Source: Vulcanimicrobiota bacterium
GTDB lineage: Bacteria > Vulcanimicrobiota > Xenobia > Xenobiales > JADMJV01
Length of the DNA: 64,000 nt
Direction of reading: 5' to 3'
Assembly: GCA_050250895.1 (NCBI GenBank)
Contig: JBFWNU010000004.1
Location: forward strand, 238,934 to 302,933
Below the pieces are notes generated by a model that searched no databases, had not been told where the DNA came from, and worked only from the letters and a program-made list of their open reading frames with translations. Shown here piece by piece: positions 39,854-49,970 of the stretch (its first letter is position 1; every line of letters starts with the position of its first letter). Both the position numbers and the translations under genes were made by a program.

Positions 39854-41659
39854 TTGAGCAGATTCGACGCCAGTCTGGGCCTGGGCGTGCTGGTGGTGGG
39901 GCTGGCAATCCTGCTCGATTTCAACTATCGCAGTTCGTTTCTCACCCTGCTGGGGGGCTGGGGCTTGTTGGTCAACCTGTTGGTATTGTTGGCCTTCGTC
40001 CTACCCATCGGAGCTTTGCTTGGAGCCCTATTGGCCGGACTCGGGCGAATGAAGTCCAACGAATGGTCGCTGGGTGGCGCTTTCCTGGTCATCGCTTATC
40101 TGTGCGCCGACCACCTCAAGATCTTTCTCAACCTGGCCGCCGGATTGTCGATCCCGAGGGCTACTTCGGTCGCTGTCGCCTTACTGGGGCTGCTTCTGGT
40201 CGCCTATCCTCGGGCCATTCGCCCCAACTTCGAACCCGACAGCTTCGCCTGGCTGGGCCAGGCGGCCCGGTTCGTCTGGCCGGCCACGCTCCTGGCGGGG
40301 GCACTGGCCTGGTGGCCCGGCAGCGCCAACCCGGCCGGCTTCGAGCGACCCCACGTCTTGATCTTGACCAGCGACTCGCTGTCAGCCGAGGCATTCGAGG
40401 CCGGAGCGCCAGGGGTGAAGCAATGGTCGCGCTCGGCCACGGTGCTAGAACATGCCCTGACCAATGCTAACGCCACCAAGTTCGCCATGCCTTGCTTTTT
40501 GGGCAAGCTACCCGCGGTGATCAGCCAACCGGTCGGCCCACTGCTCGAGAGCCTGCGCCAGGCGGGCTATGACCAGCGCACCTTCATTTCGTTCTTTAAC
40601 GTCTCGCCGGGCTTCGTGAATCAGTTCTCCGATGTCGTTCGGGTGGCCCGAGCCGAGCAGTGGTTCGATTTCTCGGGGCTGGCCTCACGCCAATGGTTGT
40701 GCAATCTGGCCAGCGAGGACAGCCGCTACTGGAGCCTCATCAGCCAGCAGAGCCCGGCCGACTTCAACTATGGCGAGCAGCCAACCTACCCTACCCGTCC
40801 AGCCCTCGAGCACGCCCTGACGGTCTTCCGACAGGCGCAAGGTCCGGCCGTGGTCTGGGTCCATCTCTTTGCCCCTCATCATCCCTTCTATCTGGAGGGT
40901 CGCTGGAAAGAGGGGCCCGAGGACATGCCGGCCCTCTACCACCGGGCCGTCGGCCAGTGGGACGAAGAGGTGGCGGCTTTCTTAAAAGAACTCGACCAGC
41001 GATTTCCCGATACGCTGGTGGTCCTCTCCTCGGATCACGGCGAGTCGTTCGGGCGAGCCGAAGGCGGCTGGCACGGCACCCTCCACGGCGCCAACTGGCT
41101 CAACCAGGACATTTGCCACATTCCGCTGATCATCAAGACCCCCGGCCAAATCGAGGGTCGCCGGCTCAAGACCTTCGCCAGTCAGATCGATGTGGCCCCG
41201 ACCCTGCTTGAGCTGCTCGGGCTCGAGCTTCCTCCGGACCTCGACGGCGAGAGCCTGGTGCCCTACTTCGACCAGCCCGACCAGCTCAGCCAAAAGATCA
41301 AGATCTGCGTGCCAGAATCCTATTTCTTGCGCCACACGTTAAAGATCCAGGACAAGCCCGAGGCCTGGGTGACCGGCAGCGAGGACATGTTCGCGGCCTT
41401 TATGGGCGAGTTCAAGGTGGGCTGGTTCCAGCTCTATGAGCGCGGCCCCGACGGCTATCTCAACCGCTACAAAGACGCCCTCATCTATGGCCTTTACAAG
41501 CCGCGCTCCGATCCCGACCTGAGTCACGACCTAAGCAAAGACCCTGCCCACCGTGAAGTGCTGGTCAGGGTCTTCAATTCGCCGCTCGTAGCCAGCTATC
41601 GGCACCAAGGAGCCGATGGCGCTTCGCGCCAAGGAGCCTCGGCTTCGCCGAGGAGATAG
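39854..41659 (+). CDS. Membrane-anchored sulfatase/alkaline-phosphatase-superfamily protein (LtaS-like)
   Basis: About five N-terminal TMs, LTSDSL, HLFAPHHP, SSDHGE, HIPLII, DVAPTLL. Start approximate. Confidence 0.8.
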   Translation: MSRFDASLGLGVLVVGLAILLDFNYRSSFLTLLGGWGLLVNLLVLLAFVLPIGALLGALLAGLGRMKSNEWSLGGAFLVIAYLCADHLKIFLNLAAGLSIPRATSVAVALLGLLLVAYPRAIRPNFEPDSFAWLGQAARFVWPATLLAGALAWWPGSANPAGFERPHVLILTSDSLSAEAFEAGAPGVKQWSRSATVLEHALTNANATKFAMPCFLGKLPAVISQPVGPLLESLRQAGYDQRTFISFFNVSPGFVNQFSDVVRVARAEQWFDFSGLASRQWLCNLASEDSRYWSLISQQSPADFNYGEQPTYPTRPALEHALTVFRQAQGPAVVWVHLFAPHHPFYLEGRWKEGPEDMPALYHRAVGQWDEEVAAFLKELDQRFPDTLVVLSSDHGESFGRAEGGWHGTLHGANWLNQDICHIPLIIKTPGQIEGRRLKTFASQIDVAPTLLELLGLELPPDLDGESLVPYFDQPDQLSQKIKICVPESYFLRHTLKIQDKPEAWVTGSEDMFAAFMGEFKVGWFQLYERGPDGYLNRYKDALIYGLYKPRSDPDLSHDLSKDPAHREVLVRVFNSPLVASYRHQGADGASRQGASASPRR

Positions 41660-41922
41660 GAGCGGAGCAAGCTCCGAGATGGGAGCGCTGGCTTCGCTTG
41701 CGCTCGCCAGCGAGTTAAAGCCTCGAATTGAGCGACAGCTCAATTCGCTCCCCTCTCCGGGCGCAGCCCGGCTCCCCTCTCAGCGGCAAAGCCGCTGCTC
41801 CCCTCTCCGGGCGCAGCCCGGCTCCCCTCTCCGGGCGCAGCCCGGCTCCCCTCTCAGCGGCAAAGCCGCTGCTCCCCTCTCGGCCGAAGGCCGCGGCTCC
41901 CCTCTCGGCCGAAGGCCGCGGC
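41660..41922. repeat. Array of GCTCCCCTCT(C)+hairpin modules
   Basis: Seven units at 41747, 41771, 41797, 41821, 41845, 41871 and 41896, plus upstream hairpins shared with the 18163 repeat. Confidence 0.9.
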
Positions 41923-41923
41923 C

Positions 41924-42661
41924 CTAGAGGTAGGCGCCGACGATGTGGGGCATCATGGCGCGCCAGGTAGGCCAGTCGTGGCGCATGTCGTGACCCCAGA
42001 AGTCGACGTTGGCGGGCACGCCCTTGCTGTGCAGGGTGCCGCCCAGCCAGGCCGAGGCTTCGGGCTTTTCGTAGGCGCCCTGACCGGTCAGGATGTGGAT
42101 GTCGCGCTTGCGCTGCAGCATCGGCAGGTGGTGATCATCCCAGAGGTGAGGCAGATACTCGGCCACGTTGTTGAAGTAGATGTTCTCGTCGTGGTAGCCG
42201 TAGCTCTCGTAGTAATCCCGAATGTCATAGGCGCCGCTCATGGCAATGGTGCCGGCGAAGAGGTCGGGACGGCGCAACAGCTGGTTGACGGCGTGATAGG
42301 CACCCAGGCTGGCGCCGACCGTGATGATGCCGTGATTACCCTGGCAGCTGTGCCAGATATAGGGCACGACTTCCTCGGTGACATACCGGTTGAAAGCCTG
42401 CTGCAGCAACCCTTTGATGCGGGGATGGCAGTCTTTGTTGAGCCAGCCTTCGCGATTGATGCCGCCGATGGAGAAGACTTTGATCTTGCCGGCGTTGATG
42501 AACGGCTCGAGAAAGTCGATCATCAGGAAACGCTCGTGCTCGAGGAAGTCGGCCGCGGCCGTGGGGAAGAACAGCAACGGACGGCCGTAGTGACCGTAGG
42601 TGGCGATGTTCATTGGCATGTTGAGGTGGGGGCTTACCCAGCCATCGATGTGCTTGTTCAT
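41924..42661 (-). CDS. Putative esterase (alpha/beta hydrolase)
   Basis: YGHYGRP, nucleophile motif GASLG, HDWPTW. Confidence 0.88.
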   Translation of the reverse strand: MNKHIDGWVSPHLNMPMNIATYGHYGRPLLFFPTAAADFLEHERFLMIDFLEPFINAGKIKVFSIGGINREGWLNKDCHPRIKGLLQQAFNRYVTEEVVPYIWHSCQGNHGIITVGASLGAYHAVNQLLRRPDLFAGTIAMSGAYDIRDYYESYGYHDENIYFNNVAEYLPHLWDDHHLPMLQRKRDIHILTGQGAYEKPEASAWLGGTLHSKGVPANVDFWGHDMRHDWPTWRAMMPHIVGAYL

Positions 42662-42729
42662 TTTGTTCGATTCTCCGATAAAAAAGTGTGCAAGCACTAT
42701 ATCCCGATCTACGAAAAAGAACACCTATT

Positions 42730-43356
42730 CTAGGGAATTGGTGTAAAACTCGGCTCGGGAACGGCCGGGGTGTCTTGTTCGAACGGTCCCAGCATTGCCA
42801 GGTAATGGGGCTGGACGTAGAGCCAGCGAAAGGCGGCCAGGTCGCGAGCACTGAGCTCGGCGGCCTGGAGGTTGGGATAGCGCCGAGTCTGCATGACCCG
42901 GTACATCACGTCTTCGCGCCGGTCGGAATGGTCCAGGCCCAGGATGTGCCCAAGTTCTTGCAGCAGAATTTGAGCCAGGTTGCCAACCGGCAGGCGCCGG
43001 TCGGGGTCTATCGTCAGGCCGACGATGCGGGGGCGTGTTCCGTCGGTATTCCACCAGACGGCGGCCGCCTTGTCGGGGGGCAGGTTTCGACCGCTCCAGT
43101 CGATAACGAGCTGGGCCGACGAAGGAGAGTCGACCAGCGAGAACAGGTCAGGCATTCCGGCAGCATGGCCGGCCGCGTTCCAGGTGCGCACGCAGTGCAG
43201 AGTCACCTGAAAAAAGGCCGGATCGTTGGAGTACAGGCGCCAGGGCAAGGATTCAGGAGCCAGCCGGCACAGGCTGCCTCGGTGCTGGATGAACTCGTAG
43301 CCGGGGGGCTGGGCCCAGGCCGGCACGGTCAAAAGCACGAGCAGCAACCATCTCAC
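42730..43356 (-). CDS. Matrixin (M10)-like metzincin with an altered zinc motif
   Basis: Signal peptide; QELGHILGLDHS...DVMY Met-turn. Confidence 0.75.
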   Translation of the reverse strand: MRWLLLVLLTVPAWAQPPGYEFIQHRGSLCRLAPESLPWRLYSNDPAFFQVTLHCVRTWNAAGHAAGMPDLFSLVDSPSSAQLVIDWSGRNLPPDKAAAVWWNTDGTRPRIVGLTIDPDRRLPVGNLAQILLQELGHILGLDHSDRREDVMYRVMQTRRYPNLQAAELSARDLAAFRWLYVQPHYLAMLGPFEQDTPAVPEPSFTPIP

Positions 43357-43439
43357 CCCGACCCATTCAGGTCCGCCTCAAGCCGTCCCTCTGTCGGCGA
43401 GGTAGGGAGGCTAGCCCGGGCGCGAGAATGTGTGTGGGC

Positions 43440-44108
43440 ATGGTGGAGATTGTGCTGGTGCGCCATGCCCAGCCAAATTGGGAGCCGAACGGCAAGGCGG
43501 TCAACGACCCTTGCCTGACCGACTATGGTCAACAACAAGCCATCCAGCTGGCTTCGGCCCTGGAAGGAAAGGAATTTGACGCCTTCTACGTCAGCCCGCT
43601 GGTTCGGGCTCGCGAGACGGCGGCCCCGGTGGCAGAAGTGCTGGGGCGTCAGCCGAAAGTGTTGAGCTGGCTCGAAGAGATCCGTCTCCCCGACCTCGAG
43701 GGCAGCCCGGCCGACGAGGTCAAGCACATGCTCGAAGAGGCCCAGGCCCGCGATCTGATGGACTGGTGGGAGGGGTTGCCCGGGGGCGAGACGTTTCGGC
43801 ATTTCAACGAGAGAGTCTGTGGCGGGTTCGAGGACCTGCTCAGCAACCAGCACCGAGCCCGCATCCACGATCGTGGAGTGTACTCGGTCTGGGACCTACC
43901 AGAAGGCGAGCAACGTATCCTGATCGTCTGTCATCTCGGCACCATCTCGGTGTCTGTATCGCATTTGTTGGGCCTGGAGCCGGTGCCCTGGGCCTGGGAA
44001 CGATTTGCCATGGACTGGGCCGGCATTACCATCGTCCGGTCGGTTCCTTTGGCAGGGCGAGCCATTTGGGCTCTGAAGGCGTTTAATCAGGTGCATCACC
44101 TCCAATGA
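43440..44108 (+). CDS. Histidine phosphatase family protein
   Basis: VRHAQP, SPLVRARETA, GET, IVCHLG. Confidence 0.88.
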   Translation: MVEIVLVRHAQPNWEPNGKAVNDPCLTDYGQQQAIQLASALEGKEFDAFYVSPLVRARETAAPVAEVLGRQPKVLSWLEEIRLPDLEGSPADEVKHMLEEAQARDLMDWWEGLPGGETFRHFNERVCGGFEDLLSNQHRARIHDRGVYSVWDLPEGEQRILIVCHLGTISVSVSHLLGLEPVPWAWERFAMDWAGITIVRSVPLAGRAIWALKAFNQVHHLQ

Positions 44109-44416
44109 CCGATCCAGCTTTTACCGAAGTCTTGTTTTGGGACCTGGGCGGCGGGGCCATCGCCGGCCTGGCCGTCGGCTACGCCATCAAACGGGCCAGT
44201 CGTTGGGCTCTGCTGGTGCTGGGTCTTTCTATCGTGGCTCTGTATGGCCTCAGCCAGACCGGCATGGTCAGCGTCCACTGGGACATCGTGGGCCAGGGCA
44301 TCGAGTCGGGCGCGCGCAGCGTGTCGGACTGGATCTGGGTGGCCTGCAAGGAGCTCAGCATCGCCATGATCGGGTTTGGCGGCGGTATGGCGGCCGGGCT
44401 CAAGATGAGCGCGTGA
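44105..44416 (+). CDS. FUN14 family membrane protein
   Basis: GGGAIAGLAVGYAIK...G.V.V.W...GFGGG; ATGA overlap. Confidence 0.75.
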   Translation: MTDPAFTEVLFWDLGGGAIAGLAVGYAIKRASRWALLVLGLSIVALYGLSQTGMVSVHWDIVGQGIESGARSVSDWIWVACKELSIAMIGFGGGMAAGLKMSA

Positions 44417-45246
44417 AGCATCGAACTTTCGACCTCGGTTCGCTCTCGATGCACGCGGTGGAGGCGGGTGAGGGACCGCTGGTGCTGCTTTTGCACGGCT
44501 TTCCGGCCTGCTGGTATTCGTGGAAGGACCTCATCGAGCCGCTGTCTCGTCACTTTCGAGTGGTGGCTCCCGACCTGCGTGGCTATAACCTGAGCGATCG
44601 ACCGAAGGGGGTGCATCACTACACCACGGATGCCCTGGGCGAGGATATCGCCCGTCTGGTGCGGGCGCTGGGTGAGACCAGAGCCCATATCGTGGGGCAC
44701 GACTGGGGCGGCGCTCTGACCTGGAGCCTGGCTTCGACCCGGCCCAACCTGGTGGACAAAGTGGCCGTGCTCAACTGCCCGCATCCGGCGGCCATGCTCA
44801 GGCATCTGCGCACCAACCGAAGGCAACTCAAGCGTTCGTGGTATATCATGTTCTTTCAGCTGCCCCGACTGCCCGAGTGGGTCTTCTCGCGGCGGCAGAG
44901 CCAATTTGTCAAATTCGCCTTCGCCGCGCGACGGGGCACCTTCGAGGCCGAAGATCTCGAGCGTTATCGCGAGGCCATCTTCGCCCCCGGCGCCCTGACC
45001 GCAGCCATCAACTACTATCGGGCCGCCGGACGGCAACTGCTGGCGCCGGTGAAATATCCGCCCATCGCGGCTCCCTCTTTGCTGATCTGGGGTGAGCGCG
45101 ACAAAGCGCTGGGCAAAGAGCTGACCTTTGGCATGGAGCGCTACTTCTCGGGTGATTATCGGGTTGAGTATCTCGACGCCGGCCACTGGGTCCACAACGA
45201 GCAGCCCGAGCGGGTGCTTGAGCTACTCGGCAACTTCTTGACCTGA
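44413..45246 (+). CDS. Alpha/beta hydrolase (epoxide hydrolase-like)
   Basis: LLHGFP, DLRGYN, GHDWGG, NYYRA, GHWV; GTGA overlap. Confidence 0.92.
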   Translation: MKHRTFDLGSLSMHAVEAGEGPLVLLLHGFPACWYSWKDLIEPLSRHFRVVAPDLRGYNLSDRPKGVHHYTTDALGEDIARLVRALGETRAHIVGHDWGGALTWSLASTRPNLVDKVAVLNCPHPAAMLRHLRTNRRQLKRSWYIMFFQLPRLPEWVFSRRQSQFVKFAFAARRGTFEAEDLERYREAIFAPGALTAAINYYRAAGRQLLAPVKYPPIAAPSLLIWGERDKALGKELTFGMERYFSGDYRVEYLDAGHWVHNEQPERVLELLGNFLT

Positions 45247-45303
45247 CCATGATTTCACTCGGTGGTAACCCCTCCCGGGGACTTGTGGGCTACGATCGCA
45301 GTG

Positions 45304-45741
45304 ATGATTCAGATCAATCCGCGCCAATTCACCTCTCCCATTCGCTCTTCGGCCCCTCCTACGAGTGAAGCCCCCGAGGCTCCCGTCGGCGACAGCTTCG
45401 CCGCCCAGGAACCAGAAAAGAGCGGCGGCCATTGGAAGGCCGGCCTGATGCTGGGTGTGGCCGCCCTGGGCACGCTGGCCCTGGCCGGCTGCAGCGACGG
45501 CGGCGGCAGCCAGCCGGGCAGTAGCGTCTCGACCTCCCAGACCGGAGGCTCGGGAGTGACCGTCAACTCGGGCGGCCGAGTCGGCGTCGACGTGGGCAAT
45601 GGCGTCAGCGTCAACAGCGACGGCAGCGTTGGCTTTGATGTCGGGGGAGGCACCACCATCAACTCCAACGGTACGGTGGGCTTTGATGTGGGCGGCGGAG
45701 TGATCATCAACTCCGACGGCACCGTCGGTTTCAAGTTCTAG
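45304..45741 (+). CDS. Small beta-repeat protein with an internal lipobox-like motif
   Basis: LALAGC after a ~40-aa extension; four 16-aa repeats (I/V)NSxGxVGFDVGxG. Confidence 0.7.
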   Translation: MIQINPRQFTSPIRSSAPPTSEAPEAPVGDSFAAQEPEKSGGHWKAGLMLGVAALGTLALAGCSDGGGSQPGSSVSTSQTGGSGVTVNSGGRVGVDVGNGVSVNSDGSVGFDVGGGTTINSNGTVGFDVGGGVIINSDGTVGFKF

Positions 45742-47032
45742 TCAGCACTCGACGGGGCGAGACCCGCACCCGCAGCCCATGGCGCGGCCGTAGTGTGATG
45801 CCGGCTTTGAGTTCGAGCTTATGGTCGGGCACTTCGAAGCGCACTTTTTGGGCTAATGTAGCCAGCACCAGCACAGCTTCCATCCGGGCAAAACCCTCTC
45901 CGATACAGATTCGCGTGCCCCCGCCGAACGGGAAATAGGCGTAGCGGGCCGGACTACCCTGGGCCCAACGCTCGGGCACGAATTCGGTGGGCCGGTCGAA
46001 GTAGCGGGCATCGCGGTGAAGCAGCCACTGAGGGGCCAGCAGAATGGTGCCGGCCGGCACCTGGTAGGTTCCCCAATCGAGGTCCTCGAGACTGCGGCGA
46101 CCGACCATCCAGGCCGGCGGAAACAGGCGCAGCGTCTCATCGACCACCTGGCGAGTGTAGACCAGGTCGTGGTAGTCGTCGGAGCGAGCCCTTCTCTGGC
46201 CTAGCACGGTATCGACCTCGGCATGGAAGTTGGCGGCCGCGTCGGGGTTTTGGGCCAGCAGATAGATGGCGAAGGTCAGGGCGTTGGCAGTGGTTTCGTG
46301 GCCGGCCAGCAGCATGGTCATCACCTCGTCGCGCACCCGGGTCGGCTCGACTTCGGCCAGCAAAGCCACCAGACTATCCTGAGAGGCCCGACCCTGGCGA
46401 TGGGCCTCGAGAATCGATTCGACCACCTCGTCGAGTTCACGTCGAGCCTGGTCGAAGCGACGGACGGATGGTAGTGGAAGATGGCGCAATAAGGGAAAGA
46501 AGGGCATCGTGGTCAGCTGAAACTGCCCCAGCGCCTGCTCGAGCGCCCGGCCGATGCGCCGATGTTCATGCTCGAGGTCGGTGCCTAGCAGGGTGCGCGA
46601 GACGATGCCCAGAGCCAGGTCCATCATCACTCGGTGGATGTCTACCTGGCCCTCCAACTCCACGGCCAATCGCTGGGCACACTCGACCATGGTGTCGGCG
46701 TAGCCGGCGATGCGCTGGCGACGGAAGGCCGGTTGCACCAATCGGCGCTGATGCAGGTGGTCGTCGCCCTCGGCGGTCAGCAAGCCGTTGCCCAACAGCA
46801 CCCGTGTGTGTTGGAGGGCCCGACCCTTTTCAAACTGCTGGTGATGCCCGGTGAGAAGCTTCTCGACCAGTTCTGGCTGCGACAAGATCCAGACTTCGCG
46901 CCCGAACATTTGCAGCCGGCAGGCATCCGGATAGGCGGCCACCACCTGCTCGAGAAAGCCGAGCTGGTCTTTGGTCAGGCGCCGGAAGAGGTCGCCGGGA
47001 TAACGATTTCGGGGTCCATCTGGTTTGCTCAT
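45731..47032 (-). CDS. Cytochrome P450
   Basis: AGHETT, ETLRLFPP, PERW, PFGGGTRICIG. Confidence 0.95.
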   Translation of the reverse strand: MSKPDGPRNRYPGDLFRRLTKDQLGFLEQVVAAYPDACRLQMFGREVWILSQPELVEKLLTGHHQQFEKGRALQHTRVLLGNGLLTAEGDDHLHQRRLVQPAFRRQRIAGYADTMVECAQRLAVELEGQVDIHRVMMDLALGIVSRTLLGTDLEHEHRRIGRALEQALGQFQLTTMPFFPLLRHLPLPSVRRFDQARRELDEVVESILEAHRQGRASQDSLVALLAEVEPTRVRDEVMTMLLAGHETTANALTFAIYLLAQNPDAAANFHAEVDTVLGQRRARSDDYHDLVYTRQVVDETLRLFPPAWMVGRRSLEDLDWGTYQVPAGTILLAPQWLLHRDARYFDRPTEFVPERWAQGSPARYAYFPFGGGTRICIGEGFARMEAVLVLATLAQKVRFEVPDHKLELKAGITLRPRHGLRVRVSPRRVLTRT

Positions 47033-47130
47033 AGTCCCAGCCTAGCACCGAGACATCTACATTCTTGAGGAAAGTGTCCGCAAAATGTCCACGAGGAAGG
47101 AGGCGGCAGTCTGCTTTGGAAGTGGCCAGA

Positions 47131-48618
47131 ATGTTCGCTCCTCCGGTCGATTTCAACCTTGCCCATCATCTTCTCGACGCACGGGTCGAAGAAGGCAACG
47201 GCCAGCGAACGGCCATCCGCACCGACCACACCACCTATACCTACGCCCAGGTGCAGGCTCGCGCCAACCGGCTGGCCGCGGCCCTGGTGGAGGCCGGGCT
47301 GGCTCAAGAGCAACGCGTCATTCTGGCCCTTCCTGATGGCCTCGATTTCGTGGCCGGGCTGTTTGCCATCCTCAAGGCCGGGGGGGTGGTGGTCATGATC
47401 AACCCCGACCTGCCAGTGGCCGACCTGGAATATTTCTTCGAGTATTCCCGGGCTCCCCTGGCCCTGGTCCACTCCGGCCAGCAAGAGACCTTCGCCTCGG
47501 CGGCCGCGAGGGCCCGTCTGCTGGCCGCCGATCAACTCCCGGGCGAAGCCGAGTTCGCCAATCGTAAAACCCACCGCGACGACCCCGCTTTATGGATCTT
47601 TAGCGGGGGAACCACCGGCAAGCCGAAGGCGGCCGTGCAATCGCATCGTTCCTTCGCCAACACCACTTTTCATTACGGCCAACAGTTTCTGGGGCTGGGG
47701 CCCGACGACGTCACCCTGGCCATCCCCAAGCTCTATTTCGGCTATGCCACCGGTCTCAATCTCTTCTTCCCCTTCTCGGTGGGGGCCAGCTGTTGTCTGT
47801 TCGAGCAGCCATCGACCCCCGAGGCCATCTTCGAGCGCATCGACCGCCATCGCCCCACGCTGCTGGTCAACGTGCCCAAAATCATCCACCGCATGGCGGC
47901 CCATCCCCAGGCCCAGCAACACGATCTCAGCTGTCTGCGGTTGTGCACCAGCGCTGGCGAGGCTCTGCCTCCGGCCCTCTATAGCCTCTGGGTCGACACC
48001 TTCGGAGTCGAACTGGTCGACGGCCTGGGCACGGCCGAAATGTGGCATATCTTTCTCTCCAACAAGCCGGGACAGGTAAAGCCCGGTACCCTGGGCCAGG
48101 CCGTGCCAGGCTTTACCATCAAGCTCGCCGACGACGAGGGCGTGCCCGTGCCCCGAGGCGAGCTGGGCCGGCTCTGGGTCCGGGGCGATTCGCGGGCCAT
48201 CTGCTATTGGCAGCGGGCCGAAGAGAGCCACGAGGCCTTTCGTGGGCCGTGGTTTGCCTCGGGCGACAAGCTCTATGAAGACGAAGACGGCTATTTCGTC
48301 TATTGCGGCCGGGGCGACGACATGATGAAAGTGGGGGGCAAGTGGCTGGCTCCCCTCGAGGTCGAAGACTGCCTCTTGCGCCACCCAGCCGTGCGCGAGT
48401 GCGCCGTCGTGCCCGAAATCGACGAGGCCGGGCTCACCAAGCCCAAGGCCTTTGTGCTGGCCGCCGAAAACAGCGAGGGGCTGGCCGAAGAACTCAAGGC
48501 CCACACTCTCGAGCATCTCGAAGCCTACAAGCACCCCCGCTCGATCGTTTTTGTCGACGAGATGCCGCGGACCCACCTGGGCAAGATCGACAGGGCCCGG
48601 CTCAAGGCGATGGCATGA
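47131..48618 (+). CDS. Benzoate-CoA ligase family (ANL superfamily)
   Basis: FSGGTTGKPK, KLYFGYATG, SAGEALP, DGLGTAE, GRGDDMMKVGG. Confidence 0.88.
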   Translation: MFAPPVDFNLAHHLLDARVEEGNGQRTAIRTDHTTYTYAQVQARANRLAAALVEAGLAQEQRVILALPDGLDFVAGLFAILKAGGVVVMINPDLPVADLEYFFEYSRAPLALVHSGQQETFASAAARARLLAADQLPGEAEFANRKTHRDDPALWIFSGGTTGKPKAAVQSHRSFANTTFHYGQQFLGLGPDDVTLAIPKLYFGYATGLNLFFPFSVGASCCLFEQPSTPEAIFERIDRHRPTLLVNVPKIIHRMAAHPQAQQHDLSCLRLCTSAGEALPPALYSLWVDTFGVELVDGLGTAEMWHIFLSNKPGQVKPGTLGQAVPGFTIKLADDEGVPVPRGELGRLWVRGDSRAICYWQRAEESHEAFRGPWFASGDKLYEDEDGYFVYCGRGDDMMKVGGKWLAPLEVEDCLLRHPAVRECAVVPEIDEAGLTKPKAFVLAAENSEGLAEELKAHTLEHLEAYKHPRSIVFVDEMPRTHLGKIDRARLKAMA

Positions 48619-49970
48619 TCCACCTGGCTGCCGAGTCCACCTATCACCAGGGTCGTTTTCAGCCTGACCTGGTGGTCACCATCGAGGCCGGCCGGATCGT
48701 CGAGGTGGCCCCTCGAGCCGACCAGCGAGTCCAGCGCCTGGCCCGCCGAGCACTGCTACCCGGGTTAGTGAATGCCCATAGCCATGCCTTTCAGCGGGCC
48801 ATCCGGGGGCGCACCGAGTTTCGGGATCCGGCCCGGCCCAGCGACGATTTCTGGAGCTGGCGCGAGTGCATGTACGCGGCCGCCCGTAGTCTTTCGCCCG
48901 AAGAGGTCGAGGCCGTCTCGCGCATGGCGTTCGTCGAGATGGTCCTCGCGGGCATCACCGCGGTGGGCGAGTTTCACTACCTCCATCACCAGCCCGATGG
49001 AACCCCCTATGACGACCCCAATGAACTTTCCCACCGCGTCCTGAGCGCGGCCGAATCGGCCGGGCTGGCTCCGGTTCTGTTGAAGGTCGCCTACGCCCGC
49101 GCAGGCTTTGGCAAAGAACCCAATCCCGGCCAGGCCCGCTTTCTGGCCCCCGATGTCGACACCTATCTCGACCACCTCGAGCGCCTGCGCCGGGCCGGCC
49201 ACGCCGTCGGCGTCACTCCCCACAGCGTGCGCGCCGTGCCGGCGGATTGGCTAACGCCCCTGGGCGAATATGCCGAGCGTCACGACCTGCCCTTTCACAT
49301 TCACGTGAGCGAGCAACCCCGCGAAATCGAGGAGTGCCAGGCCGAACATGGTCTTCGGCCCATCCAACTGCTGGCCGAGCGAGGCTTGCTGAGCCCGCGC
49401 TTCGTGGGCGTCCATGCCATCCACCTCGAGCCAGACGAGGTCGAGGCGCTGGGCCAGACCGGCTCGCGGGTCTGCTCTTGTCCGACCACCGAGCGCAACC
49501 TGGGCGACGGAGTGGTGCCCGCCGACCAGCTCTACGAGGCCGGAGCCGGATTCTGCTTTGGCAGCGACTCCAACGCCCAGATCGATCTGCTCGAAGACGC
49601 CCGCCAACTGGATTATCACCTGCGCCTGGTGCACCTGCAGCGAGCCGTGCTGGGACAGGGCCAGGATCTGGCCGGGCGACTGTTCGAGGCGGCCACAGCC
49701 GGCGGCGCCCAGGGGCTGGGGCTCGAGGCCGGCCGAATCGAGCCAGGCCTGTGGGCCGACCTGGTAGCCGTCGACCTTGACGACCCGTCCATCGTGGGCG
49801 CCTCGGACGAAGACCTGCTTTCGACCATCGTCTTTTCGCTGGAGCGGACCGCCGTCAAGGAGGTTTGGTGTCGAGGCCGGCAGGTGGTGAGCGAAGGGCA
49901 TCATCCTCGCGCCCGCGAGGCGGGGCAGGCCTTTAGCCGCGTGATGCGCCGGCTGACCCGACCGGGATAG
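48615..49970 (+). CDS. hutF: Formimidoylglutamate deiminase
   Basis: NAHSHAFQRA, DDFWSWRE, EFHYLHH, HSVRAV, HIHVSEQ, CPTTERNLGDG, GSDS. Confidence 0.92.
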   Translation: MIHLAAESTYHQGRFQPDLVVTIEAGRIVEVAPRADQRVQRLARRALLPGLVNAHSHAFQRAIRGRTEFRDPARPSDDFWSWRECMYAAARSLSPEEVEAVSRMAFVEMVLAGITAVGEFHYLHHQPDGTPYDDPNELSHRVLSAAESAGLAPVLLKVAYARAGFGKEPNPGQARFLAPDVDTYLDHLERLRRAGHAVGVTPHSVRAVPADWLTPLGEYAERHDLPFHIHVSEQPREIEECQAEHGLRPIQLLAERGLLSPRFVGVHAIHLEPDEVEALGQTGSRVCSCPTTERNLGDGVVPADQLYEAGAGFCFGSDSNAQIDLLEDARQLDYHLRLVHLQRAVLGQGQDLAGRLFEAATAGGAQGLGLEAGRIEPGLWADLVAVDLDDPSIVGASDEDLLSTIVFSLERTAVKEVWCRGRQVVSEGHHPRAREAGQAFSRVMRRLTRPG

